From NCBI RefSeq assembly GCF_009914755.1, contig NC_060926.1: a stretch of DNA of 64,000 nt. The stretch is one strand, 5' to 3'. Numbering within the stretch: the stretch's first letter is position 1; each line of letters opens with the position of its first letter. The translations under genes were made by a program, and so were the position numbers. This document shows, piece by piece, positions 63,798-64,000 of the stretch. The stretch is from the human T2T-CHM13v2.0 reference genome, Homo sapiens. Under the pieces are notes generated by a model. The model ran no database searches and was not told where the DNA came from. It was given only the letters and a program-made list of their open reading frames with translations.

Positions 63798-64000
63798 GAC
63801 TGGGCACGGTGGCTCATGCCTGTAATCCCAGCACTTTAGGAGGCCAAGGCTGGTGGATCACCTGAGGTCAGGAGTGGCCAGGAGTTCCAGATCAGCCTGA
63901 CCAACATGGTGAAACCTCACCTCCACTAAAACTATAAAATTAGCCGGGCATGGTGGCGCATGCCAGTAATCCCAGCTACTTGGGAGGCTGAGGCAAGAGA
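63798..64000 (+). mobile_element. AluS-type SINE, cut by the window edge
   Basis: 'gggcacggtggctcatgcctgtaatcccagc..cacctgaggtcaggag', with a small internal duplication 'caggagtggccaggagtt'. Confidence 0.92.

Overview
This is repeat-dense, AT-rich primate genomic DNA, most likely human because it carries an Alu with AluYd8-type diagnostics. I found no intact cellular protein-coding gene. Most long ORFs in the supplied track are decayed L1 or ERV frames, their antisense shadows, or Alu read-through. Main contents: (1) many nested L1s, including a full-length L1PB-like element (31863-39570, minus) and a full-length L1PA6/7-like element (40859-46931, minus), both with target-site duplications (TSDs); (2) an ~8 kb two-LTR ERV1 provirus of LTR9/HUERS-P3 type (50235-58282, minus) with decayed gag-pro-pol, an env transmembrane (TM) remnant and a small hydrophobic ORF; (3) an old 5'-truncated processed pseudogene of alpha-E-catenin (CTNNA1), 14135-15235, interrupted by an AluJ; (4) solo LTRs, DNA-transposon relics and ten Alu elements. 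I cannot support a new multi-gene biological system. The best leads are the two-TM micro-ORF at the provirus env position, an L1 ORF0-frame ORF next to a strong orphan exon, a young AluYd8, a short L1 3' transduction, a 20-nt inverted templated copy and an orphan hairpin. Repeat subfamily names come from remembered consensus sequences, not a database search. Boundaries without TSDs are approximate.
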